Numbered from the stretch's first letter, positions 24,229 through 37,880 are shown. The stretch: DNA of 64,000 nt from Lytechinus pictus (GCF_037042905.1 NC_087251.1:5272001-5336000); one strand, 5' to 3'. Made by a program: numbers and translations. The notes: generated from the sequence alone by a model not told the origin.

Positions 24229-25714
24229 TCTTAATATAAAACATTTCCAGTCCGTGCTTATTATCCAGGGGGGGGGGGCAAATGGGCCAGGCTCCCTGTT
24301 GGCGGAGCAAAAAAAAAGGGGGAGAAAGAAAAAAGAAAAAAGAAGGGAAAAGAGAGGGCAAAAGAAGAGGAAAAATAATAGGAAGACGAGTGAATAAGAT
24401 CCAGCGACGCAGAACGCTTTCAAGAACATAATAGAAAGAGTATTGGCAAATTACCGAATTCATTACAGCGGGAAACTAAAAATTCTTTGTCGAAAATTGG
24501 TGAATTCAACCAGCAGTTTCGTCCTGCATGGACTCTGGCAAACCACATTTGCAATTTTTCATCAGCTCCGAAACTTAACTGAGACGAAACTGTTGTTGCG
24601 GTTCAATAATAATTTTAATAATTATTGTTGACATAGACATTCCAGCTGTTCATTTTCATTTAGAATTGTTGCTCAATCTTAGTCGGGTCTGGTATTTTGA
24701 TGGATTTATTCAATTGAGAAAGCTAATATGAACTTGAAATGTTAGTTGTCTCTCGACTCAGGATTATCCCAGATGGTATGATTTTCGTGTGAATTTTCAT
24801 ACTTTTGCATTTCTGGCAGCGCATCAATAATTTGAGGGCGCTATAAATTGCTGTCCATATATTTATATTTTCCAGTGTATGTTTTCAATCGACAAGTGTC
24901 TTTTACAACCATTACAGTGTACATTGAATGACAGAAAGAGTGTTTGAAGTTCTTAACTCCTGGTTGCGGAGTTTAGTAATATTTCTTTGTAATGTTGAAT
25001 CATGATTGACGATATTTTGTTTTCGTGTATATTCTTCATATCACTCTCTTCATCCTCCTTCGCAATTCTCTCTCTCTTACACACCTTCTCTTTTTATCTC
25101 TCATTCTTTCTACCCTGCATGCTTATCCCTCTATTCTATTATTCATGCCGTGAAATATTTACTGAAAGCAGACTTAAGGTGTAATGAAATACTGTTATTT
25201 TTGTTTATTTGCTTATGTTTCACAAATCGTATATTTGTTTTGTACTACTTCGTATTTTTGTTTCAAACAAGAATATTTGCAAATGCCAATGGTATTTTAA
25301 TAAATTAATTCATTCATTCACGTAATGGATTTTTTTCAATAGATTCACTTCAATTCGCTCTGCATCGCGTTGCGAACACTCCTTATTGCCCTCAATCACA
25401 AAATGCTGAAAAGAATCTCCCTTCAAAGAAACTGATGACAATGGTTACAATAAATGATTGCGTAATCGCTTTGAGCTGGAGGTTGCAGATCGATCGTAGA
25501 GACTATACGCACATCGTCACACAACAACATGGAGGTCCACGCTGTGAGCTTGACGTAAAACACTGAAAAGGGCCAGAGCCGGGAACTTGTTACATAACGC
25601 TTTTGCCATAAAAACACTAACAAATAATAATAAAGAAAAATCCTGGCAACCAAAATGCCTTTATCAGTGACGTAACTACCTCCCCCCATCGCCCCCCCCC
25701 CCCCAAAAAAAGAA

Positions 25715-27595
25715 ACATCTTTAGATGTAGAAGTAAAAGAAAGATTGAATTATAAAGAAATATTAAGCAAAATAAAGAAGTTGTTAAACTGGTGGAAGCA
25801 AAGAGATTTAACTTTGATGGGCAAAATACAATTATTAAAGCAATTTATCTTTTCAAAATTCATATATGTGGTATCTCTCACACTAATCCCAAGATGGGTT
25901 TATGTTGAACTTGATCAGTTGGCTTTTACGTTTTTGTGGGGTGGCAGAAATAAGATTAACAAAAGAACGATGCATTTAGATTACCATCAAGGCGGCTTGA
26001 AAATGATGAATTTTCAATGGTTAATAAAGGCACAGAGAGTTATGTGGATTAAAAGACTAAAAGAAAATAATGCAATGAAATGGAAACAATATTTCAATAT
26101 GCCACAAAACATCTGGGAGGAAATTTTATATTTTCATGCGATTACTTGCTCGGATTGTTGGAGGTAGCATTGCCGCAATTTTATATAGATTTGTTAGAAG
26201 TATGGATAGAGACGAAATATTTTCGATTAAAATCTGAAACATTTAAAGGAAATGAGATATTTTTAACAATAAATTTGTACGAAATTAAGTGAAAGGAAAT
26301 GCATATTTAACCAAAAAATATATGAAAAAAATATTTACAGATTGAAACATATTATGGATAATGATGGAAACTTAAGGTCATTTTTGTACTTCCAAAGACA
26401 GGGTTTAAACATAAATGATTTTCATTTGATAGAGTCAATTTATAAAACTTTTCCAGTCAGCTGGAAACAAATATGAAAATAGATAGCAAAGAGGCTTCTC
26501 TTAGGAAAGAAATATCATTTATATCTCGAAAAAGAATTGTGTCAATAGAGGAGTTAGTATCTAAAAACGTTTATGCAAATGTTATGAAATGTAACTTCGC
26601 AACACCTGATGTTTTCGAAAGGTTAAAAAACAAATATAGTTTTTCTTATGAAAAGATTGAACACATTTTTACGAGACCAAGACAATGTACTCTGAACAGT
26701 ATATTAAGAGAGTTTCAGTTTAAAATGTTGCACGGCATTGCTTATACAAATCATCACTTGTTCCGTTTTAAAATCTCATAAAATAATCTTTGTTGTTATT
26801 GTAAAAAAGAGGAGGAAACATATCGCCATCTATTTTTGGAATGTGAATATGCTTGTCTGGTTTGGGATGATTGTAAGGAGATGTTTTTTATTTTTTATTT
26901 CTACGGGTAATTTAAGCTGGGAGGAAATTCTTGTAGGTGTAGAATTAAAGGACGAAGGAAAGGAACGTTTAGTCAATCATTTTTTAATCTTTGTTAAATT
27001 TTTAATCTTCAAAGGGAGGGAAAAGGGTGCACTTATAACCATGGATGAAATTAAAAGGAAATTTAAAGAAGAAGAATGGGAAGAAAGAAGGCTGGCGCAT
27101 GGTAGAGGTAAGGTGTCTCTACATCTAAGGAAATGGGAAAATCTTAATTAAAAGAATATATAGGGAGAGTGAGGCAAAGATATATATACAACGAGAGACA
27201 AAACCACAAAAAAAAAAAAAAAAACATACAAAAATGAAAACAATGCGGAGAATTGTAGTCCCTTCCATGTAGAGTATAGGCACAAAAAGGGGAGGGTGCG
27301 CCTAACCTGGAGACTGCGGGGGGGGGGGGGGTGGGAGGTAGAATAACACTTTTTATCTTTTTTTTCTCTCTTATCATTTCATATATCTTGTTAATATTTC
27401 ATTTTGTAATTGCTGAAACGCATTAGTATTAATTTCTAGTATCTTTGAAGTTTAATGTATAATTTGTATAATTATATTTGTTATGGATTTATTGTATGAT
27501 TTATAATCATGTTTCAAATAGTTTGTACAACTTGCTTATGGAATGTGAATGTGTATTTTGATTTGAGAGAATACAATAAAACACCCTTAAAAAAA
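25715..27595 (+). mobile_element. 5'-truncated Tx1/L1-clade LINE (post-RT region and zinc knuckle), degenerate
   Basis: WKQRDLTLMGKIQLLK, GGLKMMN, LREFQFKMLH and CCYCKKEEETYRHLFLEC (CCHC zf-RVT) across frameshifts; ends AATAAAACACCCTTAAAAAAA. Confidence 0.88.
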
Positions 27596-28499
27596 TACGC
27601 ACATCGTCACACATGGAGGTCCATGCTGTGAGCTTGACGTAAAACACTGAAAAGGGCCAGAGCCGGGAACTTGTTACATAACGCTTTTGCCATAAAAACA
27701 CTAACAAATAAACAGCAAAAATTATGGCAACCAAATAATGCCTTTAGCAGTGGCGTAACCCCCTCCCCCATCAGCTGGCCAAACAAAAAATCGGAAAAGG
27801 AGAAAAAGAGGGAAAAAGAAAGAGAAACGTAGCGGGGGTTGAAAATAAATTATTATATATTATGTTATATTATAGTAAGAAATATATTTTCATAACTTTA
27901 TGAAGTATTATTTGCTTAGGGCCTATATGTGTTCATCATTCCCGATGCTCGCATTGTCTGTTTACTGAGATATATAATTTTATACAACTCCCAAGAATGT
28001 TCAAATCAGATCACATGATTCAGCGAATTGCACTATTGCAAGTATCCTGCACTCCCGGGCCTGCACTCTGACGTGAGTTCTGGAATTATCTAGAATTTAG
28101 ATCAAATAATAGCATTCGGGGCAACTCAGCAACATGGGTGGGGACTGGGGGTGTATAAATCAAACAATACACGCATTCTTGCGCGTAGAGGCCCTAAATA
28201 ATGAACTCTGTGCTCGACTCGCCAAATGGATATAACGCACTCGGTCCTGCGGACCTCGGTGCGGTATATCCTTTGGGTCTTCTTCTCGCAGCACGCACGC
28301 GCTTACGTGCATTATTTTGTATACTGTTGTACTAAAACATCCCGTTTTCAAGTCAATATACACAAAATATATTTCCTCGCACTTGAGTTATTATTGTTTT
28401 ATGTAGTGACATGTGCTTTTCTATGACCACTTAAAGTGAATGCCCCCTATAAGGTCTGAATATAAAACATTTCCAGTCTATGTTTACGTTCGCATTAGT

Positions 28500-29490
28500 G
28501 CACAGGCGGATCCAGGGGGGGGGGGGGGGCGAAGGCCCCAGGCCCCCTAATGGCGGAGCAAAAAAGGGGGAAATAAAGAAAAAAGAAGGGGAAAGAGATT
28601 GGGAAAGAAAAAAAATAAGAGGAAGACTAGTGAATAAGATAAGGGAAAGTCTGTCAGGTCACCACAAAGAAATTTCACTTGCGCTTCGCGCTCGAATTGC
28701 TTGTTCGATGAGAAACATATCTTGCTCAATGTGCTGATAAGTAGCTTAATAACCAAGTTTTGAAGCCATTATACATAACATATTTCAGGCCGGACATCGA
28801 ACTTCATTATTTTTGTTTGATTTACAAATTGATTTTTTGCTCTGTAAAATGTCCGTTTTATGCCGGGTTTGAATATCATAATTTTCCGCTCGCGCTGCGC
28901 GCTCGCATTATTCGGTTTTTCAAGTAACTATTGTCTTCATGTATCCCATAAAGATATCAAAATATCCCTTTTCAGGTGTGATTGTCAAAACGTAGACCTA
29001 TCAGCTAGCGCTGCGCGCTATATTCAGAACGCCCGCATTCTGAATCTAAACTACACACACACATGAATATTGAGATAGCAGCTTGTTCTTTATTTAGAAC
29101 GTGTTTAAATTATCCAGTTTCAGATCATCTCACATCCAAAATTTTCTGCTCGCGCTCGCTTCATTGATACTGAGGAAGATACCCATCATATCCATGATTT
29201 ACAAAACATGAATAGAGTGTTATGTCTAAATCTCAAATTTTTCGCTAGTACTTCGCGCTTGCATCAATTGTTTAGGTATATCCCCTTTGTGATTATAAAA
29301 AAGTGCTTAGAATGTCCATTTTAGGTCAAAATATAAAAATGTTCAGCTTGCGCTTCGCGCTCGCATTATTTAATTGTTGAAATATGTATCGTCTTCAAAT
29401 CTGAATGCAAACAGTCATTTACAGGTTCCTTTCGATCAGGCCAGATCGTATATTACAAATTTCTGCTCGCGCTTCGCGCTCGCAGTAATT
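28500..29490. repeat. Truncated copy of the CTCGCGCTTCGCGCTCGCA-rich repeat family
   Basis: Starts CACAGGCGGATCCAGGGGG and is collinear with 22064-23600. Confidence 0.65.
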
Positions 29491-29764
29491 CCCTACCTTT
29501 CGTTGGAGAACGCGAACGCTTATTTGCGACGGTAGTTGAGTTTGGAAGAGACTTTTGGGCCCGTCGTCATGGTCGTAAAACTCTGTCCTGCAATGCAAAT
29601 TGTGTGACATGAGATTTTTTTTCGTTTCGCATCTGGAACGGAAACATTCAATCTGCGTTTCGTGTGCAAAATTCTGGTTGCTACTATGGTAACAGCGATA
29701 TATCCAATTTAGGACGACTTTCCAAAGCCACATTTGGTTCCTCCATGCAGAGCTCGAGAGGCCG

Positions 29765-30068
29765 CCCGGGGGGCCCAACATATTGAAGAGTGGATACCAG
29801 GCGCGCCCACGCGTAAAAAGGGAAAGAGTGGGCAAGTACGTTACGTATAGGCCTATGTAACGTTATAAGGGTGTCAAAAACGATGTTTAAAATACTGAAA
29901 AGGAGGATATGTTTTCAATACTTGTAGGGTTTCACAAGCTAAATACTTGTAAAGAGATGCATTTTCGTAATCTGGAAAAACCTTGGTTCCCTTGTTTAGG
30001 GTGCTTTTCGAAACCGCATGGTCGTGCCTGGTATCCACTCATCAATGGAAGTGCATGGTCCCCCCGGG
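29765..30068. mobile_element. MITE with CCCGGGG termini
   Basis: CCCGGGGGG...TTGAAGAGTGGATACCAGGCGCG pairs with CGTGCCTGGTATCCACTCATCAA...CCCCCGGG. Confidence 0.55.
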
Positions 30069-31384
30069 AATTCGAATCTAATCCCCCATTTCGGGGGAAA
30101 GTAAAACATAATGCCCATTACATTGTGTGCTAGAGGCATATCGTTTGTGTAGGAGTAAACAAAAGAAAAAACCCAGCAATTAATTCGGCTGGTACGTGTT
30201 CAGACGTATACATGCTGTGTACATAATCAACGCATGCGAAATGGTTTCGGCTGAAGTGATTTGACCCATGGAATCAATTGCCAGAGATCCACCAATAATC
30301 CACATTAAACGCAATATCGATTCGATAGACTGTAATGATCTATATCTAAACCTTTATTCAGTAACTTTTTCCTCACTCAATACGTACTCGATTTGTTTGA
30401 AAAACCACTTTCTTATCCATGTCATAATCTATTATAGGTCCTGCATTTCGAATATCTCCAGCCATCAGTCGTAATGTACATGCATGTATGGTGCGGGTGT
30501 CGCGGGAAAGAATTTTGCACACGAAAAGCAGATCTGCAGGGCCTGTAACCTGTAACACAAAGCTTAGCATTGATTGTAGAGCAGTTTTCTGGGTTTGATT
30601 CTATTGACCAACGAACGTAGAGGGCAGCAATACACAAGCGTGTTGCTATAAGGAAGGTCCACTCGATACGCGCATACAAATGAAGTGCGCGAACAATTTG
30701 GTAGTCATGCCAACGAAACCATGATCCGATCCAATACACTCACGGAGTGACAGCAAAATAGAGGTAAACTAATAGATTATGACAATAGTAGATTAAAACA
30801 ATGAAAACAAAAAATATATAAAAAATTGAATAATAATGTACCACATTCTTAAAATAATATATCACTAAATTATTGTCACATTTTTTTTGTACATCTTAAG
30901 TAAAACAGGATTTAATTCTGTCATAAATAAACCAGTCTGCTAACTTCACCCGGATTTAGCCAAGTCATTTTGTGACCACCAAAAACTTCTCAGAGCATTT
31001 TTTTTTGTAGATTGTAGAGTTGATTTATTTTCATTTCCTCTTTATCATTATATTTGCTTGAAATGTTTTTACATCAAATATCATGCTTAAAAATATGAAA
31101 TACTTCATCATCATCATCCGTTAAAGTACAGTCCACCAGGTTGTTCCTGTATTTTTCATAAAATATTACATGGTGGTGACAACAGTTTTATGTCTTTGCA
31201 TATCAATATGATAACAAGTATACGTGAGGTTGATACGTCTTCATCTAAATTTCGCTGCACCATAATGCGCCTACACAATCCAGCACCGCCTCTTGAGTAT
31301 ACAAGCGCCATGGCTGGCATGACCACGCCGGCGCCCCGGGCCGGTCGGTGCTGAGGTAGGGTACGGTGGGCTGCATGCATATGC

Positions 31385-31526
31385 TAAATAAGAACCTTGT
31401 CTATTGGTTGCTCTGGGCTATGAAGCTTCAGGTGCTATGGCAGCTAACAATGAACACGGTCCCTGTGAACATAAAAGAACAAACGTTTACACCAATGATG
31501 CAGTGTGCATAATACATAATCCTCTA
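31385..31526 (-). repeat. 3' LTR (142 bp)
   Basis: Direct repeat of 36583-36728. Confidence 0.92.
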
Positions 31527-31899
31527 TCTCCCCCCAAGTCTTTGGTGTGTATTGGAGAGAAAATGTCAATATGGGAACGAAGACTGAAAAAATAAAAATA
31601 CCACAGATGGTGCAACGTTGAAATGAGTCCATAAAGCTCCACGTATAAAATCAAGAACCGTGGGAATAACATAACACTAAGGATCGCGAAAACAATGTGC
31701 AAAGTCAACATCAGTGCGAATAACAGGAAACTCTTGAACGCAACGATAATGTCAGTTTAATTGGCGGAAATCTCATGGAATAGTCCGAGTGCCAGACAGG
31801 CTGTCTCGTACGATGGGTAGACCGCCGTGGTGCCGTAGTAGAGGTGCCAGGTGAAGAAGCAGTGATCGGTGCAGGAACCAGATCCAAGCCGGGGGCTGC

Positions 31900-34800
31900 T
31901 GGCGGTGTCTCACGGTAAAGGGGGGATGTGGTCGACGAGGGGCATCCTTGGCTGCCTGCGGAGGTGAAGAAGCATCAGAAGCAGGCCCAGGGGGGCGGTA
32001 TGGGGCGTCTGCAGTGCCGGTATGTTGCAGGGAGAGTGGCACCCGTCCCACACAGCTATAGGGTGCGGGTGCTGGATGGCGATGTGCAGAGATGTCTTCC
32101 TCCATAGTCAGTGGGGGTGGGAGCTGTTGCACAGGCACATATTTCCGAAGAAATTTCCTGTTGCGGAGAGTGACTCTCCCAGAACCATCAACTCGGATGA
32201 CGTATTGGTCATACTGTCGAACTTCGATCACAGTCCCAGTTCTGTCCCACTTGAGTGGGTGTGGTCCTGTCTGATTCTGGAGGCGGACGTGGTCTCCGAC
32301 GGCAAGGGGCAAGAGCCGTTTAGTATGCTCTGACCAACGTTCTGCGTCCCTCATGTGGCGGGTACGAAGTGCTTCTTCCCGAGCTGCCATGGTCTCGCCC
32401 CATGTGTTGTGTGGTAAATATTTGCCTGGGGCAATGGGGATGTAGTCTTGGATCGGATGGCCAAAGACACACATAGCCGGGGAGAGCTTGGTGTCCCTGT
32501 CAGGAGTGTTTCGATACTGGAGCATAGCCCGTTGGAATGTATTAGTGTCAAGGGCACCTGCAGGGCTGGTGTTGGACATGATGAGACGTTTCATGGATTT
32601 GACAGCCACCTCAGCACGACAGTTGCTATGTGGGTAAGCAACGGATGAAAGTCTGTGATGAATGCCCCAGTCCTTGAGAAAGCGACGTGTGGCAGCCGCT
32701 GTAAATTCTGGGCCACCATCCGATGCTAGTTCATCCGGGATCCCGAAGGTGACGAATGTCCTCCGTAGGCAAGAAATCGAGTCCAGTTGCCCCTCGATTG
32801 GACCTCTCAACGATAGGCCAATTTGAGTTGCGGTCCACAATGACCAGATAGTTGCAGCCCTTGTAGTGAAAAAAAATAGGCACAGATGCATTGGAAAGGG
32901 TAGGCCGGAGACAGCAACGGGGTCGGGGGTGCACGCGGGTTGGAGGGTGCGATCCTGTTACATTGGTTGCACCGGGCACGGAGTGCTGTAATGGCTGGAG
33001 TGATGCCAGGCCAAAAGACAGAGGACTCCGCTCTGGCTGTCATAGAAGTTACTCCTTGGTGTGCAGCATGCAGATGAGCCAATACTTCCTCCCGGAGTGA
33101 TGGTGGTATGACAATGCGGTCCTTGTAGAGGATGACACCATCACTTGTATACAGGTCGTTACGGAATGGGAAGTATTCACGGAGAGGTGAGGGGAGCTCA
33201 TGACGAAACTCCGGCATGCCAGCTTCAATAGCATTGAGTAGTACTTGCATGTTGTCATCACTAACTGTGGCAGTACGGACCTGGTCCCATGTGACTGACC
33301 TCAAGTCAAGTGGAGGGACTCCAGGGTACACATAGCAGAAGAAAGCGTGCAAATCTCAACAGTGTCCTCTTGTAGGGCCATGGTTCGGAGACCTGCCATG
33401 AGCGTTATGGAGTGCACGAGCATAGCAGGGGTCAAAGAGATTGTAGCGATGTCATCAGGGAGGTGCAACCTCTCAGGCTCACCAGTCGGATGTCTCGAGA
33501 GACAATCTGTGGCACGGTACCTGACGCCAGGAATGTGGACCATACGGAACTTGTATCGCAGGGTTTTTTCCTTCAAATTCCTCAGGCGGGGATTTGGGAT
33601 GTCTTGTAGGGCACGATCGGCAAAGATCTTGAGGAGGGGCTTGTGATCGACTGCTATGGTGAGGTCATCACATCCCAAGACAAAGTATATTGCCTTGTCC
33701 AGGGCATCAGCTATGGCAAGGGCTTCGCCTTCCACTGGAGCATAGCGTGCCACAGCGGCATGGGTGAATCTGCTCCCAACAAGGGTGATCTTCCAGCCCG
33801 CGTATTGCAGCAGAAGGGTTCAGTGTTTTTGCAGCTGCAGTGTTTTTGTAGGAGCCAGAATCCAATGCCATTCTTGGACCAGTCCGTTGCGAGGCAGGTG
33901 GGTCTGTCTGGATCAAAAATGTGCACGCCTTCTTCAATCTCGCTGGCAATGGTGGCTTTGGACTCATCGAAAGCTGTCTGGAGGGCTGTAGTCCATATGA
34001 AGGGTGTGTTCGGCTTCAAGAGGTCACGGAATGGGAGCATCTTCTCAGCCATACTGAAGGCGTAGGACACTTGATTGACAAGGCCATACCAGGAGCGCAC
34101 GTCTGTGATGCCGGTGGGCGTTGGGAAGTCAAGGATAGCTTGTAAGTACTTCTCACATGGGCGAACGCTGTCAGGGGTGATCTCAAAGCCAGCGAATTCG
34201 ACGATATCCGCACCGAACGTGAACTTCCTAGGATTGAGGGTAATACCGTTGTGGCCGCAGATGTCCAGCCATTCAACAGCCTGGAAGAAACTGTCTTCCA
34301 TCGTGTCAGCCCACAGGAGGACGTCGTCGACGCATTTCGTCTTATTTTGGATGTCTGAGACGATTTCATCATACCGACTAGTGTATCCATCTCCTGAGGC
34401 AATGTATATAGCCCTGAGGGGCTTTCTTGTAATGATACCTGCCCCATGGGGTAATGAAAGTGGTCAGGTGTCGGTCCTCTGGGCATATGGGGACGCTGTG
34501 GTAACCATTCCATGCATCCAATACTGTCTTCTTCTTACCGTGGGGGAAAGAACGGGCCTGAATGAAGGGTGATGGTGTATGGTGCGTTTCACGTGTAGCA
34601 TGGACGTTTAGGGCTTGAAAGTCGACTACTTGACGCGGTTTACCGTCCTTTTTAGCACACACCACCATCCTGTGCTACCATGTAACAGGCTCCCCAATGG
34701 GTACAGGTTCCAGCACGCCCAACTGCACATCATGATCCAAACCAGCCTTGACGGCATCATGCCAATGGAGTGGGACCAGCACAGGTGTGTGATGAGCGAC

Positions 34801-36531
34801 GGGTTCCGCATCTGGGTCCACCATCAATTTCATCGGGGGGCTATCCATGAGTGGCAAGGGCTGATGCTCACAGGTGTTGAATGTGCTGGACTGGTAGTAA
34901 TCTAAGAGATACTGTTGTAGCTTCTCACGGTTTGCGTCAGTCGCAGGAAATGGCAGTTTTGTAGGAGGCGGTGGGGGCAGTTGACGCCGAGGGCAGGGAC
35001 AGGCGGTCCGCTCGGGAATCCCCTTGAGGGTGGCTGCTCTGTCTGGTTGGTGTCCCCCTTGTGTCATGCCAAGAGTAGGGAAGCTGTTTGAGATGATCCC
35101 CAAGTCAATGCAGGCCTCTTTGCTGAGGAAGAGCTTATCAGAACTGTCTGTGATGTAAGTGAGTTGCCGTGACTCGACCATGTGGCCAAGAGGATTTCGG
35201 CCAGAGAGGCGTAGGGGGACGGCTCCGAGGATAGTAATGCCGCCTTCAGTTGCGGTGTGCATCGCCATGGTGACAGGAATGAGGTCTTGCTGACGTAACC
35301 CAAGGCGGCGGAGGACCTTTAACCCGGCAAGGCAGCTCTGGCACCCAGTGTCCGCCATGGCTGGGACGGCGCTGGTTTGTGAGGGGGATGAAAGGTTAAG
35401 CCCGAGGGCTCGATAGTCCTCCGGAACAGCCCTTACAATCAATTTGAGGTATGGCTGAGGAGTTGATCTCTTCCTGTGCCATGCTTGGGAAATGTCATCA
35501 TATACGTGGTGATCAATGGGGAGGCCATTTGGTTGTCCTAGGTCATGGAAAGTACAAAGGGTATCGAAGATGGCCCCCTCCTGCTCACCCGAGGAGGTCG
35601 ATTGTGACGTTTTCGGCTTGCCCTTGGTGCGGCAGACGTCCTCCACATGGTGGAACTTGTTGCAGTGACCACATTTCTGTCCATAGGCCAGGCACTGCGT
35701 CCTGCGGACACGAGCTGGAGCACTCCGTCTATGCCCTTTCTTGCCACAGTAGGCACACAGTTCCTGTTTGTCCTTTGGCCCTGGGTGCGCCTGCTTAGCT
35801 TTCCTATAGGAGGAGCTGCTGGCCGTTTCCGTGTGTGAGTCGAGGAGAGAGGAGGCAGAGCGTTTACCAGCCTCTTTTGCTTCAATGAACTGGAAAACCT
35901 CTTCCAGGCCCATGTCTTGGTTTTTGTCCCCTAAAAGATCGAGCTGGATTTCAGAATCGGCAATCCCCCTGGTAAGCACATCCCGCATGATTGCGTCAGT
36001 GTAATTGACATCGGCATTGCAGGCAGGGCAAGCTATGATGAATTTGCATATATCTGCCTGTCCCCGCAGACGGGCGCCGAAGCTGCGAACTGTCTCGTCC
36101 CTGTCTTGACGCATGTTGTGGAGTGTCACACGGGCAACCATGGTGTTCTCCTCTCGTACGACGAGCTTCTTGATGGCTGTCAGCACCTCGTCCTCAGTTT
36201 TGTTGGCGAAGCTGCCACCAGCAGCTCGTGTGAGGTCCTTCCGTAGGGGCTCGTCACAACACTCAAGAAGCTGTACAACCTTGTCTTTCCCAGTGATCTT
36301 AGTGGCATCGACATAGTCGGACCACCGCGACTTGAAGTATGCCCATTCCTCGCTGGTGCCAGCAGCGACAATCGTTGGTCTCTTGACCTTCTCGACCTTG
36401 GCGGCTTGTCCAGAGGTGTGAATGGTACTGTGGGCAGTGAGAAGGGCAGCTACGATGGCAGCATCAAGGTCTGGTATGGCGTAGTCACAGCCGGATATTG
36501 GGCAGCTAACGATGGCCATGCAGAGATTCAT
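31900..36531 (-). pseudogene. gag-pol polyprotein, disrupted
   Basis: Gag zinc knuckles (CAYCGKKGH, CGHCNKFHHVEDVC), protease ADTG, RT DAWNGYHS and CVDD, RNase H ATDWSK/EGEALA/VDHKPL, integrase H..H/CNQC, SDGGP, RAEVAVK. In-frame TAG at 34675-34677, several frameshifts, and the first integrase Asp appears as Tyr (CAYFF). Confidence 0.92.
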
Positions 36532-36582
36532 CTTGTGTTGACTCGATCTCGATCAAACTCAACTGTCATGGGACCTTGTTCA

Positions 36583-36728
36583 TAAATAAGAACCTTGTCT
36601 ATTTGTTGCTCTGGGCTATGAAGCTTCAGGTGCTATGGCAGCTAACAATGAAGACGGTCCCTGCATGTGCACAGAAAAGAACAAACGTTTACACCAATGA
36701 TGCGGTGTGCATAATACATAATCCTCTA
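36583..36728 (-). repeat. 5' LTR (146 bp)
   Basis: Direct repeat of 31385-31526, about 50 bp upstream of the gag ATG. Confidence 0.92.
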
Positions 36729-37132
36729 TATGCTAACACAAATTATGGAATGAAAATAGTAGATGTGACATAGACCTTTGCCCCTTGATAGTTCGTCTCA
36801 AGTCAAGACCCGTCGGAATACACATAGCTCGATACTGAACCAGATAATTTCTGTCTAATATTATGTCCAATGTTAGACTGGGACTTGGCTTTGCTGTTTA
36901 GTGGTTGTATTCGATCCTGCCTGATGGATTGCAAAATGTGGGTTGGATTTGTGGATATAGCATAATTATTTTAGATTTTCAGACTACAATCTACACTGTA
37001 AGTGTATATTTATCGTTGCTCATCCGCCATAGTGCCACATCAATGACAGACCAAGTCTAAATCTTTCAAGTCCATATCTAGCTAAGTCGAGTCGCGTCGA
37101 GATTATCATGCCAGTGCAGTGCAGTCAGCATT

Positions 37133-37880
37133 TACCGTGTTTACACTTAATCGGCATTTGAATCGGCTCGCGGTTCTGAACCGCGAGCCGATTCAGCATC
37201 GGCTTTTTTATAGCGTGTAAACGCGAGCAACTTGAATCGGCTCGCGGTTCAGAACCGGCAATTTGCACCACCAAAGTAGTAGGTTCTGAACCGTGAGCCG
37301 ATGCAGAATCGGCTTTTTTACTACGTGTAAACAGAAAGCCGATTCTGCACCGGCAATTTGTGCGCATTTCAATTACTTTACCATTGTGACGTAATTGTAA
37401 GCGCACTGATCCAGCGTTGTCTTTATTATTACCGTGTTTACACTTAATCGGCATTTGAATTGGCTCGCGGTTCTGAACCGCGAGCCGATTCAGCATCGGC
37501 TTTTTCATAGCGTGTAAACGCGAGCAACTTGAATCGGCTCGCGATTCAGAATCGGCAATTTGCACCACCAAAGTAGTAGGTTCTGAACCGCGAGCCGATG
37601 CAGAATCGGCTTTTTTACTACGTGTAAACAGAAAGCCAATTCTGCACCGGCAATTTGTGCGCATTTCAATTACTTTACCATTGTGACGTAATTGTAAGCG
37701 CACTGATCCAGCGTTGTCTTTATTATGACGTATATTGTAGGTATGCGTATCATTTCAGGTTTTTGCATCGGCTCGCGGTTCTGAACCGCGAGCTGTAACA
37801 ACGTGTAAACGCAATCCAAATGCCGATTCTGCATCGGCATTTTATTCAGAACCAAATGCCGATTAAGTGTAAACACGGTA
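37133..37880. mobile_element. TIR MITE (family of 15339-15789) with an internal tandem duplication of its first ~296 bp
   Basis: TACCGTGTTTACACTTAATCGG at both 37133 and 37429; single right TIR ending at about 37880. Confidence 0.85.

Larger units (their letters stand above)
19690..28640. repeat. Tandem segmental duplication (unit A about 19690-24400, unit B about 24405-28640), each with different later insertions
   Basis: Collinear matches: 19694-20160 with 24407-24940; 20190-20766 with 25086-25662; 20610-20968 with 27596-27956; about 21735-21838 plus 24237-24400 with 28360-28640. Confidence 0.85.
31385..36728 (-). mobile_element. Full-length but degenerate Ty3/Gypsy LTR retrotransposon
   Basis: LTRs 31385-31526 and 36583-36728 (about 5 substitutions plus one 4-bp indel). 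TSD TATGC (31380-31384, 36729-36733). Polypurine tract GGGGGAGA next to the 3' LTR. Domain order Gag-PR-RT-RH-IN. Confidence 0.95.

Noticed and set aside
34675..34677. Programmed stop-codon readthrough in the retrotransposon
   Set aside because: The TAG lies after the protease at the start of RT, not at a gag/pol boundary, and pol has several other frameshifts and a mutated integrase Asp. Simple decay explains it.
37125..37703. 192-aa ORF with internal repeat
   Set aside because: By-product of a duplicated GC-rich palindromic MITE; no protein motifs.
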